Virus record (IMG/VR): IMGVR_UViG_3300035670_010555
Location: 32,001 to 96,000 of that record
Source: a virus
Direction: 5' to 3' (one strand)
DNA length: 64,000 bases
This document shows positions 1 through 9,500 of the stretch, one piece after another. How positions within the stretch are numbered: position 1 is the first letter of the stretch; every line of letters starts with the position of its first letter. The position numbers and the translations under genes were made by a program. The notes below the pieces were generated by a model. That model saw only the letters and a list, made by a program, of their open reading frames with translations, did no database searches and was not told the origin of the DNA.

Positions 1-3000
1 TTTTTCTAAAAGTGAAACTTGTCCAAACCAATCTTGACTCAGTGATAATGTTGCAAAATTATTGTTCCATCCGTTGAACATTCCAGCACCTGTATTAGAA
101 GCTTCTTGATAAGTTCTGATGTAAGAAATAGTATATATCGCAACTTGTAAATCAACGTTATTAGGAATTAACCTTTTCAACGCCTCAGCAAAAACTTGTG
201 GAGTCATTTCAGTCAATGTCGCATCAACCGCTTCATATCCACCATTAGTGTATACAGGTGCAGTTATTTTTGAACTACAAGAATTTGTAGTGTCTTTTGT
301 GTTATCCGCCTGTTGTACAACTTGAGTTGATTTAACATTATTAGTTGTTGCATTAATTTTTACTTGGTCCTTATTTATCTTCAGTATCTCTTCTAACTTT
401 GTAATCAAATTTTGATTAATACTTTGTAGGAAACTATCTATAGTCGGTAAATCGAAATAACCTTGTCTTGTTCCATCAAATGTAGTTTGAAAGGACCCTT
501 GTTGAATCGAGTGATTTACCTCAGTAATCAAGTATGGTCCATCAAACATGGGAACATGCCGTAAATTAAAATACATTGTAGGTTGTATTAACGCATTTCC
601 CAAACTTGTTATCGAACATTTATATGACCTATTTTTGTATAAGTTATATAAACTATTATTTTGTGTTGCTATCTGTCTTCCTGAAGCTTGATTTGCCATG
701 TCAAGTTGGACATTTATCGATTCAGATGTTGCAACCCCATTATCTTGTGAAACTGTCATGGAATAAAAAATGTTCTGATTTCTAATTCCAACATCGACAT
801 TGAAACCAACGCACTTGTTTGAAAGAGCCCAATCCTTTTTTCCTTGTTGGTCTTCTAACAATGGATTACCAGAAGCTCTTCTCATTTCAAAAGCATCATC
901 TCGATACTTAAAATCTCCTTTAGGTAATTTCAAATATTGTGAAGGTTTTCCAGCATAGAAGCAAACCATCTTTGGTCCCGAATTTCTATAGTCAACATCC
1001 AAAAATGTTCCCCATAAATTATTTGCAAATTGTTCGGGTCTATCAAGTCTTGGAGTCGCCGTCACATCAACATCTTGGATATTGTAAAAATTCACATATG
1101 CTGGAAGTGGCATCACAACAAAATTATTTTTAATCAAAATACCACTTATAAAAGTGAAAACACTCATTGCTTGATTAAGAGAAAAATCTCCAGGAGTTTT
1201 ACCTCCAACACCAAACATGTATTTCAAATCAAAAATATCGAGTAATATACTATCTCCAATATTTCTTGATGCTCTATCCAAAAACAACATATCTTCAAAT
1301 AGAGTTTTGGTTTTCCAATCCCCACCAGAAATCCACTTGTCATTCAACGCTTTGAAAACTTCATAATTTTCAACCTTACTTTGGTCTCCAGTAATGACAC
1401 TATTAATTGCACGTTCAGGTAATTGTACTTGATCTGGTAAATCTTTTCTCAGTCGGCTTAAAACTCCATTCAAAAAGTTGTTTTGTATCAGTGTTTCTCT
1501 CTCAAGATATTGATTTAGTTGATTTTGAAATTGTATTGCATTTAGATTTGGATTATTTAATTTCTGAGTAGCGTACATTTTAATAATCGGAGCCAACAAT
1601 GTAACATTCTCACTAGTAAATGCTATATTGTTATCGATAAAAAAATCTGTAATATATGACCCTATTGAACTATATCTTACATTAGGGATTGTTGAGAACC
1701 CTACTTCTGTTTCCAAAGCCGTCCAAGCCTGTCTATTATTAATTTGAGATTGACTTAATAATAAATTACCACCGGCACTCGGAAGAGAATTAGGTACGTA
1801 AGGTTCAAAAGTAATTGGGTCTACAACTTCCTGAGTATTATTATGAGATAAGTAAGAATCAAAAATTCTCCTTTCATAGTTGGAAGGATTACCATATTTG
1901 AATATGACATCATATTCCATAAATGATTTAATACCATTTTGAAATAATGAATATTGATTATTAATTACATTGTTAAAATATAATTCATCAGTTTCTGTTT
2001 GTGTTTTAGCAGGAACCACCATTAAACTTCTGAATAATGATTGGAAGTTTTTGAAAGTTGCATTTGGGTCAACGGGAGATTGTCCAAAAGTAACAATATT
2101 CCTTCCAGTTGAAGCATTACCAATCGGTTTACAAAAATTCAAAAATTCAGTTTCAAATGAATCTAAAATTTTCTTTTCGAAAACAGAAAACACTTCTTCT
2201 ATTTTTGTATAGTTGTCTTGTGTTAGAAAATACAATGGTGTTTGGCTGTTGCCAGTCGTGATTAAAGTTAAATAGGAATCTGGTTCAGGGAATGCCAACT
2301 GATTACTATCGAAATATCCAAAATTAGGTGCCGACCATAAACATCTTACCGACCCATTGTACATGTTTGGATTGTTAGTTAAATCCACAACAGTTGCTGG
2401 AGATGTTGTTTGTGCACTAAAACAAGAATCAACTGTTTGATTGAATTGTGTCCCAAACGACGGAATTACAAAATAATCATCACCTACAGTATTATCTTTA
2501 GGGTTACAATCAACTGGAGGTCTGATAGTTATATTTGGTAATAAAATTGACCATGTAGTCAATCTTAAATTTTTATCCCCTTGTTTAGCACTATTTATGT
2601 TTGATGAACTGAAATTATATAATTTCATACCAGAATTAACACTCTGTTGGATTTCCTCACTTGTATAATTTTCATACAAATCATATCCGTTTAGAAAAAC
2701 GTTGAAGTCATTAATAACTTTAGGATAAAACCCGACTTGCATCTGAATTTGATTTTCCTCTTCGTTTTGAAGTGTTATTTTTGTATCTACGTTTGAATAC
2801 TTGAATTCATACGTTTCAGTTACAGCACTTGTAACAGGATAGTAATTACCCGCGTAATCAAAGTTTTTCCAAGCACTTTCTAATATATCAACATTCGACT
2901 CTTTATATTTTTTATACCTGTGCCAAATCGAACCATATTTTAGAATCCAAGCATATGGTAACTTATGGATTGCACCAAATTTTTTGAATGTTGATGAAAT

Positions 3001-6000
3001 GTAATCCAAATCAGTTGTAATATTGTTAGAAACAGATTTGTATTTTTCTCTCAATGTTGCCAAAGGTAATGAATTCAAGAACATATATGCCGCTTGGACA
3101 TATGGATAGGTGATTCCTGACAACCTAGAATTATAAACTCCGTTTTGTACAGCATTTATAAAGTAAGGCGTATTCAACATTGAAGTGGTACTTCTTGGAC
3201 TGAACGCCCTTGTCGGAGTAGTCCCGTTGATATACCCTTCAGTCGCAACAAAATCCTGAGGGTTTCTATTCAAGTAAAACGCATTGAGTCCAAGTGGTCC
3301 ATAGGTCGTATATGTAGAAAGTCCAGTCGTATCAATAGTTTCAGTTGGATTTTGATTTAATATGTATGAAAAATTTGTTACAGGTCTATTCGTTGTGTAG
3401 TTATACACGTCACTAAAGTTTGCAATAATTCTTCTTTGCTCGAAAATAGTTAAAGACTTGTTTGTATTATAAACTTGATTGGACAAGGCGCTATTTCCTT
3501 GATTCAAATTGTTAAGGCACCAAGTTTGGTCTGTGTAGGGTAAAGTATCAACAATTAAAGGGTCATTTGGGGCATTGACTACTAAAGATCTTAATGCCTC
3601 TGATTTTGTTGCGGTCTGAGGTATTTTACCTAAATCCAAAGTACTAAGAATTGAAAAAGAGTTTTCAGTTATTCTCTTAATATAGGGGGTAACAAAAAAA
3701 TCTCTAATAAAATCTTGATAAGCTCTACCTGTTCCTGAGTTTGATATTGTCCTCAAAAATTCAGGATAGTCTTGAGCGTTCAGATTAAAGTTTTTAAGTT
3801 TTAATGTCAAGTAGGGAGAACTTATTCCAAGTTTTGAAATAATATTATTTGCTTCCGCCTCAATGTTTAACGTAATTAATTCATTAAGTTGATTTGAGTT
3901 ACCTCTTATGAATCCAGAATAATGAGAAGTTAAAAATTGTCTTTCCCATATTTCATAAAAAAACTTTATTTCTTCTTTGTTTGAGTATGCCAATCCCACC
4001 GATGGGAATTCAATCGCATTAATGTTAATGATATTAGTATCCCGTTCATTATCTAACGGTGGAGGGGAATTAGGATTTTGAAACTTTTGAGTCAATCCTT
4101 TCATATATTCCTCAACAAATTCAACTTCAGGCCATTTGTCGAAAAGGTATCCTTGAGTCAAATCAACAACAGAAGGGTCGGCAATGTATTTTAATTGAAA
4201 TTTGTTTTTTTCATCTTGAGTTTCAACAAAAAATTGTGGCCATGGATATACTGGTATCTCAGCTAACTTTAATCCAGTTTCTTCTTCGAATGCGTTTGAT
4301 GCTAATTTCAAATCATCTTGAGAGTCCGAACTTGGAGCTGAGGCTAGGTCATTCAAAATTGCCCGTTTTCTTACGGGGTCATATTTTACGTCCCAAGCGT
4401 TTGTATGAACATCATCCAAAAGACGGATGAAACCTTCTGCAGATGCCATAATAACCGCAAGCATATTTCTTACTGTAGGTTTGAACCCGATACCCGTCGC
4501 AGTATCCTCAACTTTTCTTAAAAGAGCGGTAGAAATTTGACTTTCGTAATCAGATAGTTTTTTGTTGGCTTGAGTTTCAAGTAATGCGATTTCTTTATCA
4601 AATCTTCCTTCATCTTCGAACACAAACCATTTTTCTTTTACCAAGGTACCTTTAGCTAAAAGTTCTAAGGTTTCAATAATTCCAGTTGGATTTTTTGGTA
4701 ACTCAATCGAAGTAGGAACAAAAAACTTTGTCAAATTAATCTTCGTTTGAGTTATATTTTCAACACTTGGGGTTACAATTCCAGTCTGAATTCTAGTAGT
4801 TTCTTCCCAATTTATTTCTGAAAAAACTGGAGCGGTAGCTTCAATCATATCATACTTTACAGGATTTGGAATCGGTGACGCTCCCTTGGACCCCAATGTC
4901 GGATTACTCGCTAGGGCCTCATTAAATTTCACAATATCACCCTGTAATTGAGTAATCGCAGTTTCTTTAGCTTCTCTTGATAGGTCTTTGAATACATATA
5001 ATTTTTGGCCTGTTTTGAGGACTATTGGATTAGTGTTTAGATTAATATTAAACCAAGATGTATTTGACCCTCTTATTGTTGTAAAATATTGTGTGAGAAC
5101 TGACTTATAATTTCTTATATTCGTTAAGGATTCAACTTCTGTTTTATCAAACGAGTCCGCGATTAGTGTTTCAAAATTTTCTAACTTATTCATAAGTTGA
5201 ACTAATGTCAACTCAGGAAAGTCAGGAGCAATTAATCCTTTAGCTTTGTATTCACTATAAACTTCTAATATTTTTTGATATCCCTTTTCAGCAACAAGTT
5301 GAGTAACAACCGCCTCATTAGAACCTAAATTATTAGCACCTCTTTCGGCTTGAGTACTTGCTTGGGACTCAGCCGCTTTATTAGGCTGTTGTGGACCATC
5401 TACTGTTTGAGTTACATCAAACCTTTGACTATACATGTGAGGAGCCGCCAATAGGTGACCCATGGAAACTTCATTTAAGATATTAAACTTGTATCCTACA
5501 AAAACCAATCTGACCTGATAGTTTCCACTAAACCCATTAAATGACGCATGGAAAGTTTTTAAGTTAAGTTGGTATCTAATCGCTTGTCCATAATACCCTT
5601 TTAATGTCAGATAGAATTGTGGGTAAGGTAAGTTAAAAAATGCCGAATAAGGTGAATTATTTCCTAATTGAAATAATCCTTTACCTTGGACATCTTCCAA
5701 TAACATTTCTACAGTAGGAATGAAGCTAGATGATGTTTTTATATTAATTGACGTAATTCCTAACAATCCGTTGTCGATTATATCTTTCTGATTAACAACA
5801 GTGTCAAGTATATAAGGGTCACTATTATCTGTTGCAGATTGTGATATCGCGGCTTTTTGATTTTCTCCTTTGAATTGTGTTGTATTTTCTCCAGTCAACT
5901 CATCATAATAACCTGTTCCAAGATATGAATTTTTACTAGGTTTCAGGAAATTCATTTTTGCAACAGAGATAGTCTTAACTCTATCATTAGGACTTCCTCC

Positions 6001-6195
6001 TACCGATAATTTTGTTCTTTTTAGAACATCGGCCTCCAAATTTGCATACATGACAAGATTTTCATGGTCAACAAGTCTTTCACTAATATTTCCAAAATCA
6101 TCTGTAGTTTTGTTAGGGTCGACTACAATAATATTGTTTTCGTCCAACTCAACTAAAATATTTCCACTTGTGTCCGCTTGTATGTTACCTGCCAT
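1..6195 (-). CDS. Very large baseplate hub-like protein (>2065 aa, 3' end beyond the window edge); not in the ORF track
   Basis: ATG at 6195 (MAGNIQADTSGNILVELDENN...) overlaps the stop of the upstream gene. The same frame is open at the segments translated by hand near position 1, and the track reports no stop-terminated ORF from this start. Contains SYKCSITSLGNALIQPTMYFNLRHVPMFDGPYLITEVNHSIQQGSFQTT, typical of the C-terminal strands of gp27/gp44/VgrG-type hubs. Confidence 0.75.
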   Translation of the reverse strand, partial: MAGNIQADTSGNILVELDENNIIVVDPNKTTDDFGNISERLVDHENLVMYANLEADVLKRTKLSVGGSPNDRVKTISVAKMNFLKPSKNSYLGTGYYDELTGENTTQFKGENQKAAISQSATDNSDPYILDTVVNQKDIIDNGLLGITSINIKTSSSFIPTVEMLLEDVQGKGLFQLGNNSPYSAFFNLPYPQFYLTLKGYYGQAIRYQLNLKTFHASFNGFSGNYQVRLVFVGYKFNILNEVSMGHLLAAPHMYSQRFDVTQTVDGPQQPNKAAESQASTQAERGANNLGSNEAVVTQLVAEKGYQKILEVYSEYKAKGLIAPDFPELTLVQLMNKLENFETLIADSFDKTEVESLTNIRNYKSVLTQYFTTIRGSNTSWFNINLNTNPIVLKTGQKLYVFKDLSREAKETAITQLQGDIVKFNEALASNPTLGSKGASPIPNPVKYDMIEATAPVFSEINWEETTRIQTGIVTPSVENITQTKINLTKFFVPTSIELPKNPTGIIETLELLAKGTLVKEKWFVFEDEGRFDKEIALLETQANKKLSDYESQISTALLRKVEDTATGIGFKPTVRNMLAVIMASAEGFIRLLDDVHTNAWDVKYDPVRKRAILNDLASAPSSDSQDDLKLASNAFEEETGLKLAEIPVYPWPQFFVETQDEKNKFQLKYIADPSVVDLTQGYLFDKWPEVEFVEEYMKGLTQKFQNPNSPPPLDNERDTNIININAIEFPSVGLAYSNKEEIKFFYEIWERQFLTSHYSGFIRGNSNQLNELITLNIEAEANNIISKLGISSPYLTLKLKNFNLNAQDYPEFLRTISNSGTGRAYQDFIRDFFVTPYIKRITENSFSILSTLDLGKIPQTATKSEALRSLVVNAPNDPLIVDTLPYTDQTWCLNNLNQGNSALSNQVYNTNKSLTIFEQRRIIANFSDVYNYTTNRPVTNFSYILNQNPTETIDTTGLSTYTTYGPLGLNAFYLNRNPQDFVATEGYINGTTPTRAFSPRSTTSMLNTPYFINAVQNGVYNSRLSGITYPYVQAAYMFLNSLPLATLREKYKSVSNNITTDLDYISSTFKKFGAIHKLPYAWILKYGSIWHRYKKYKESNVDILESAWKNFDYAGNYYPVTSAVTETYEFKYSNVDTKITLQNEEENQIQMQVGFYPKVINDFNVFLNGYDLYENYTSEEIQQSVNSGMKLYNFSSSNINSAKQGDKNLRLTTWSILLPNITIRPPVDCNPKDNTVGDDYFVIPSFGTQFNQTVDSCFSAQTTSPATVVDLTNNPNMYNGSVRCLWSAPNFGYFDSNQLAFPEPDSYLTLITTGNSQTPLYFLTQDNYTKIEEVFSVFEKKILDSFETEFLNFCKPIGNASTGRNIVTFGQSPVDPNATFKNFQSLFRSLMVVPAKTQTETDELYFNNVINNQYSLFQNGIKSFMEYDVIFKYGNPSNYERRIFDSYLSHNNTQEVVDPITFEPYVPNSLPSAGGNLLLSQSQINNRQAWTALETEVGFSTIPNVRYSSIGSYITDFFIDNNIAFTSENVTLLAPIIKMYATQKLNNPNLNAIQFQNQLNQYLERETLIQNNFLNGVLSRLRKDLPDQVQLPERAINSVITGDQSKVENYEVFKALNDKWISGGDWKTKTLFEDMLFLDRASRNIGDSILLDIFDLKYMFGVGGKTPGDFSLNQAMSVFTFISGILIKNNFVVMPLPAYVNFYNIQDVDVTATPRLDRPEQFANNLWGTFLDVDYRNSGPKMVCFYAGKPSQYLKLPKGDFKYRDDAFEMRRASGNPLLEDQQGKKDWALSNKCVGFNVDVGIRNQNIFYSMTVSQDNGVATSESINVQLDMANQASGRQIATQNNSLYNLYKNRSYKCSITSLGNALIQPTMYFNLRHVPMFDGPYLITEVNHSIQQGSFQTTFDGTRQGYFDLPTIDSFLQSINQNLITKLEEILKINKDQVKINATTNNVKSTQVVQQADNTKDTTNSCSSKITAPVYTNGGYEAVDATLTEMTPQVFAEALKRLIPNNVDLQVAIYTISYIRTYQEASNTGAGMFNGWNNNFATLSLSQDWFGQVSLLEK

Positions 6196-6508
6196 AATAA
6201 TAAAAATGATTTTCTAATGCTGCCTTATAGTCCTGTAAAGATGGTAATAACGGAAATGGGATAATCAATACCGCTCCGTCATAAATATTATTTTCAAGAC
6301 CTCCAAATTGCGGATTCGCCTGAAGAATTAGCCAGCTGAATACAGGTGAATTATAAAATTCTTGTGAAACTTTATCTAGTCTACTTTTAGCGACTTTATA
6401 GATAAATGCCTTATCTGTCGGTTTTTGAGGCAGGTATACAAAGGGTACAACTGTTTGTTCCCCATTAATAAGAAAATCACTATATCTATTCCAATATTGA
6501 TATGCCAT
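6185..6508 (-). CDS. LysM-like baseplate wedge protein (T4 gp53 / P2 gpX-like)
   Basis: RLDKVSQEFYNSPVFSWLILQANP...GAVLIIP pattern; position between the tube initiator and the hub. Confidence 0.75.
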   Translation of the reverse strand: MAYQYWNRYSDFLINGEQTVVPFVYLPQKPTDKAFIYKVAKSRLDKVSQEFYNSPVFSWLILQANPQFGGLENNIYDGAVLIIPFPLLPSLQDYKAALENHFYYYGR

Positions 6509-9500
6509 TAGTTAAGTTTTGATTTAGATATATATGCACCTGTAGTGTTTCCATTTGTATCATTCCAAGTTAATACATTTGTATTTTGATTTGTTGTATT
6601 TGCCAAACCTTTTATCATATTTTCTTGAGATGTTTTTTGTCCACTATCCGCAGAATTCTCTGTTGTAAAGGTCAAATTTCTTTGTTTGGTAGTGTCGAAT
6701 GGTGTATAAATTAAATAATCTTTCAAGTCATTTTTTTCCAAATTTTCTATGAATGATTTCGTAATATTATTTTCTTCTAAGAAAATAGGTCTAGCGGTTG
6801 CTATCCAATATGTATCAAATATTACTTCAATGTCAACAGATCCATCACCAAGTAATGCTTGGTTACCGAGAACATTTCCAATAAGTTCTTGTTTGAATAC
6901 CTCATATTTTTGCGCGTCGATTACATCATCAGAAATAGTCATATATACTCTTCTTTCAGCATTATTTCCTAAAAGAGGATTTGTACTGAATGGTAGGAAA
7001 ACTTGTTCGACTGTGACAGCATTTGATTTTCCGTTTACAGTTTCAAACACTAATGTCCCTTCATATGTGGTATTAGTCGCAGGATAAACAAATGGTCTTT
7101 TACCTTGAATAATAGTATTAAATGCTGCTATGTCTTGTTGTATTTTAACCGTGTCTTCAACTAATTCCAAATATGTGTCTGGACTTTCCGAAGTTGGGTG
7201 TATGTCTGTGGTTCCAGATGTTACATATATTCTTACAGGTCCGTTTTTAGCCTGAAGTCCATCAGTACCAGTGTTAGAATCAGTTGGGTCAAATAATATT
7301 GTATTCAATCTACCAAGAGTTTGTAGATATGTCTGTTCTTCATTTACCAAACTCTGTGTAATTGTTGATATCCCATTCTGAAATGAACTTCTTTTCCTTG
7401 ACACAAAATTTCGATAATTTTCTTTCAGTGCTCTGATTAACTTAGGCGATAAATTTTTCGATGGTTCAGAAATAAATTTAATAAATCCTTCTGTACCATT
7501 TTTTATATTTTCATCAAGTTGTACAAATATTTCATCAAATCTTTTCTCCACATTATTAGGTTTACCAAACAATACTACTGTATCAGCGGATACATTGAAA
7601 TTACCTTGAGTGTAATTTCTTTCTATCATCCATTGTTGTCTTACTGCATTGTTATATTGATTTACAGTTTCTTTGGTTTTATTGACAACATTTGTAAAAT
7701 ATGTTTGAGTATCAGTAACAACCTTACCCATAAATGCACTATAACTTATAACACCCGTCGTGATTCCACTTACATCTATTAAGGAACTAACTATCGTACC
7801 AATAGTATTATTATTATCTTGTCCATTGTTTGGAGCGGCACTGTTGACACCAGGTATTGGAGGAGGAACTTGACCCGCTAAAAATATTTGGTCTAATATT
7901 CTTGAAGACTCAATATCTGTTGAGTCCGCCCTTTCATCATAGATTTCAGTGTTAGCATAGTAATTGAATGTTAGTGCATTTTGTAACTTGTCAACCGATT
8001 CCTTCAATCCACTACCTCCAACAAAGTTAAATGATAATGTGACGTTTGCAATCATTGGTTGAACACCAATTCCTTCAGGATTAATATCTAACCCTTCATA
8101 GTTAATTGCTAACGATGTAGGAATAATCTTCGTATTATAAAAATCGCCTACTCTCAATACCAATACTGGAGGTGCTCCAAATGATGTGTTTGTAGCATTA
8201 TTATACTGTAGTTCTTGCTTACCACCTGGTGTGGATTGTTTAACTGTTGGTATTGTATCACCAGGTCTCATACACTGTTGTAAAAACGTCAACCTTGAAT
8301 TTAATCCTTCAGGTGTCATTGAATGGAATGATGGTTGAAAGAACTTTAATTTGTCTTTCAAGTTATCATAAACCATCGGCGTTTCAGATTTGATAGTTTC
8401 AAAATAATCGCACTCGGACAATAAAGCTCTAACGACTTTTTTTGTAATATTATCTCTTGGTTCCCATCTTGGTTCAATGACTGGTTCAGGTACAGTCTGA
8501 GTGACAACATTTCCAATCAACACTGGAATTGTACCTGAACTTGTAGTCGGATTTGTCTGTCCTCCTGGTGTTCCTTCACCATTAGGCCCTGTCTGTGGAG
8601 CTTTTAAGTTTGGAACTATCTTTGAAATAAATGACCTTCTACAAGCCATTGCTCCTACTGTAAAGATTTCTTTCGCACCAACCAAAGTATCCCCTCCTTG
8701 AACAGTAGTATCACTACATCCAAATGTTTTCCCGTTTGGTTCCAAAGAATCGATATATGGTCCTTTAGTCAAATTACTTTTCTTTGGATTAGATATCGCA
8801 ACCTCTCCGAGAGCTCCAGCTCGTCCACCCCCACTTCCAGTATCTTCTTTAACAATTAATCTAACAGGATTTGGTTCCATGTATTTTTTTGTTGCATCGT
8901 TTTCCACAAAAAATTTGACTGTTGCCGCTATTCTACGTTTTGATAACTCAAGATTATATGATTCAGTTGCAGGTGCTGAACAACTTGAACTAATGTATAC
9001 TGTTACAGTCCCTTCGTTAGTTTCTAATTGTTTTCCCAAATCTATCGCAAACTCATCCATTGCCTTATAATTTGGAGTAACAACTGTATCGAAAAAACTT
9101 TTGGTTTCTGTAGCATTTGATTTTTTGGAATACTGCTCATTAACTTCTGTAGTATATCTTGCGTATTCAGTTGTATAATTTATAGTTGTGTTCGGTTTTG
9201 GAAAATCGTTTCCAAAATAAAATCCTAGTTGTAGATATTTGTCGAAGTTTAAGTTTGTATTACCACCTCCTCCTTCTTGAGCAAGTGGTTGATCTCCTCC
9301 ATTAGGTGAAAAAGCTCCTGATTCTATGGTTCCACGAGTATATACAATTTGTTCTCGCGTCATTTCCTTTGAAGAAATTGCCTGTTGTAATTCGAACAAA
9401 TCATTTGGATTTACTGTTACATATTTTTTTGCCAACTCATAGATATCATATTTTCTACATCCAGCAAAAAATGATTCTAAAATACTATCAATACGAGTCT

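Noticed and set aside
939-4430. Short plus-strand ORFs in the first 4.5 kb
   Set aside because: Antisense to the large hub ORF at 1-6195
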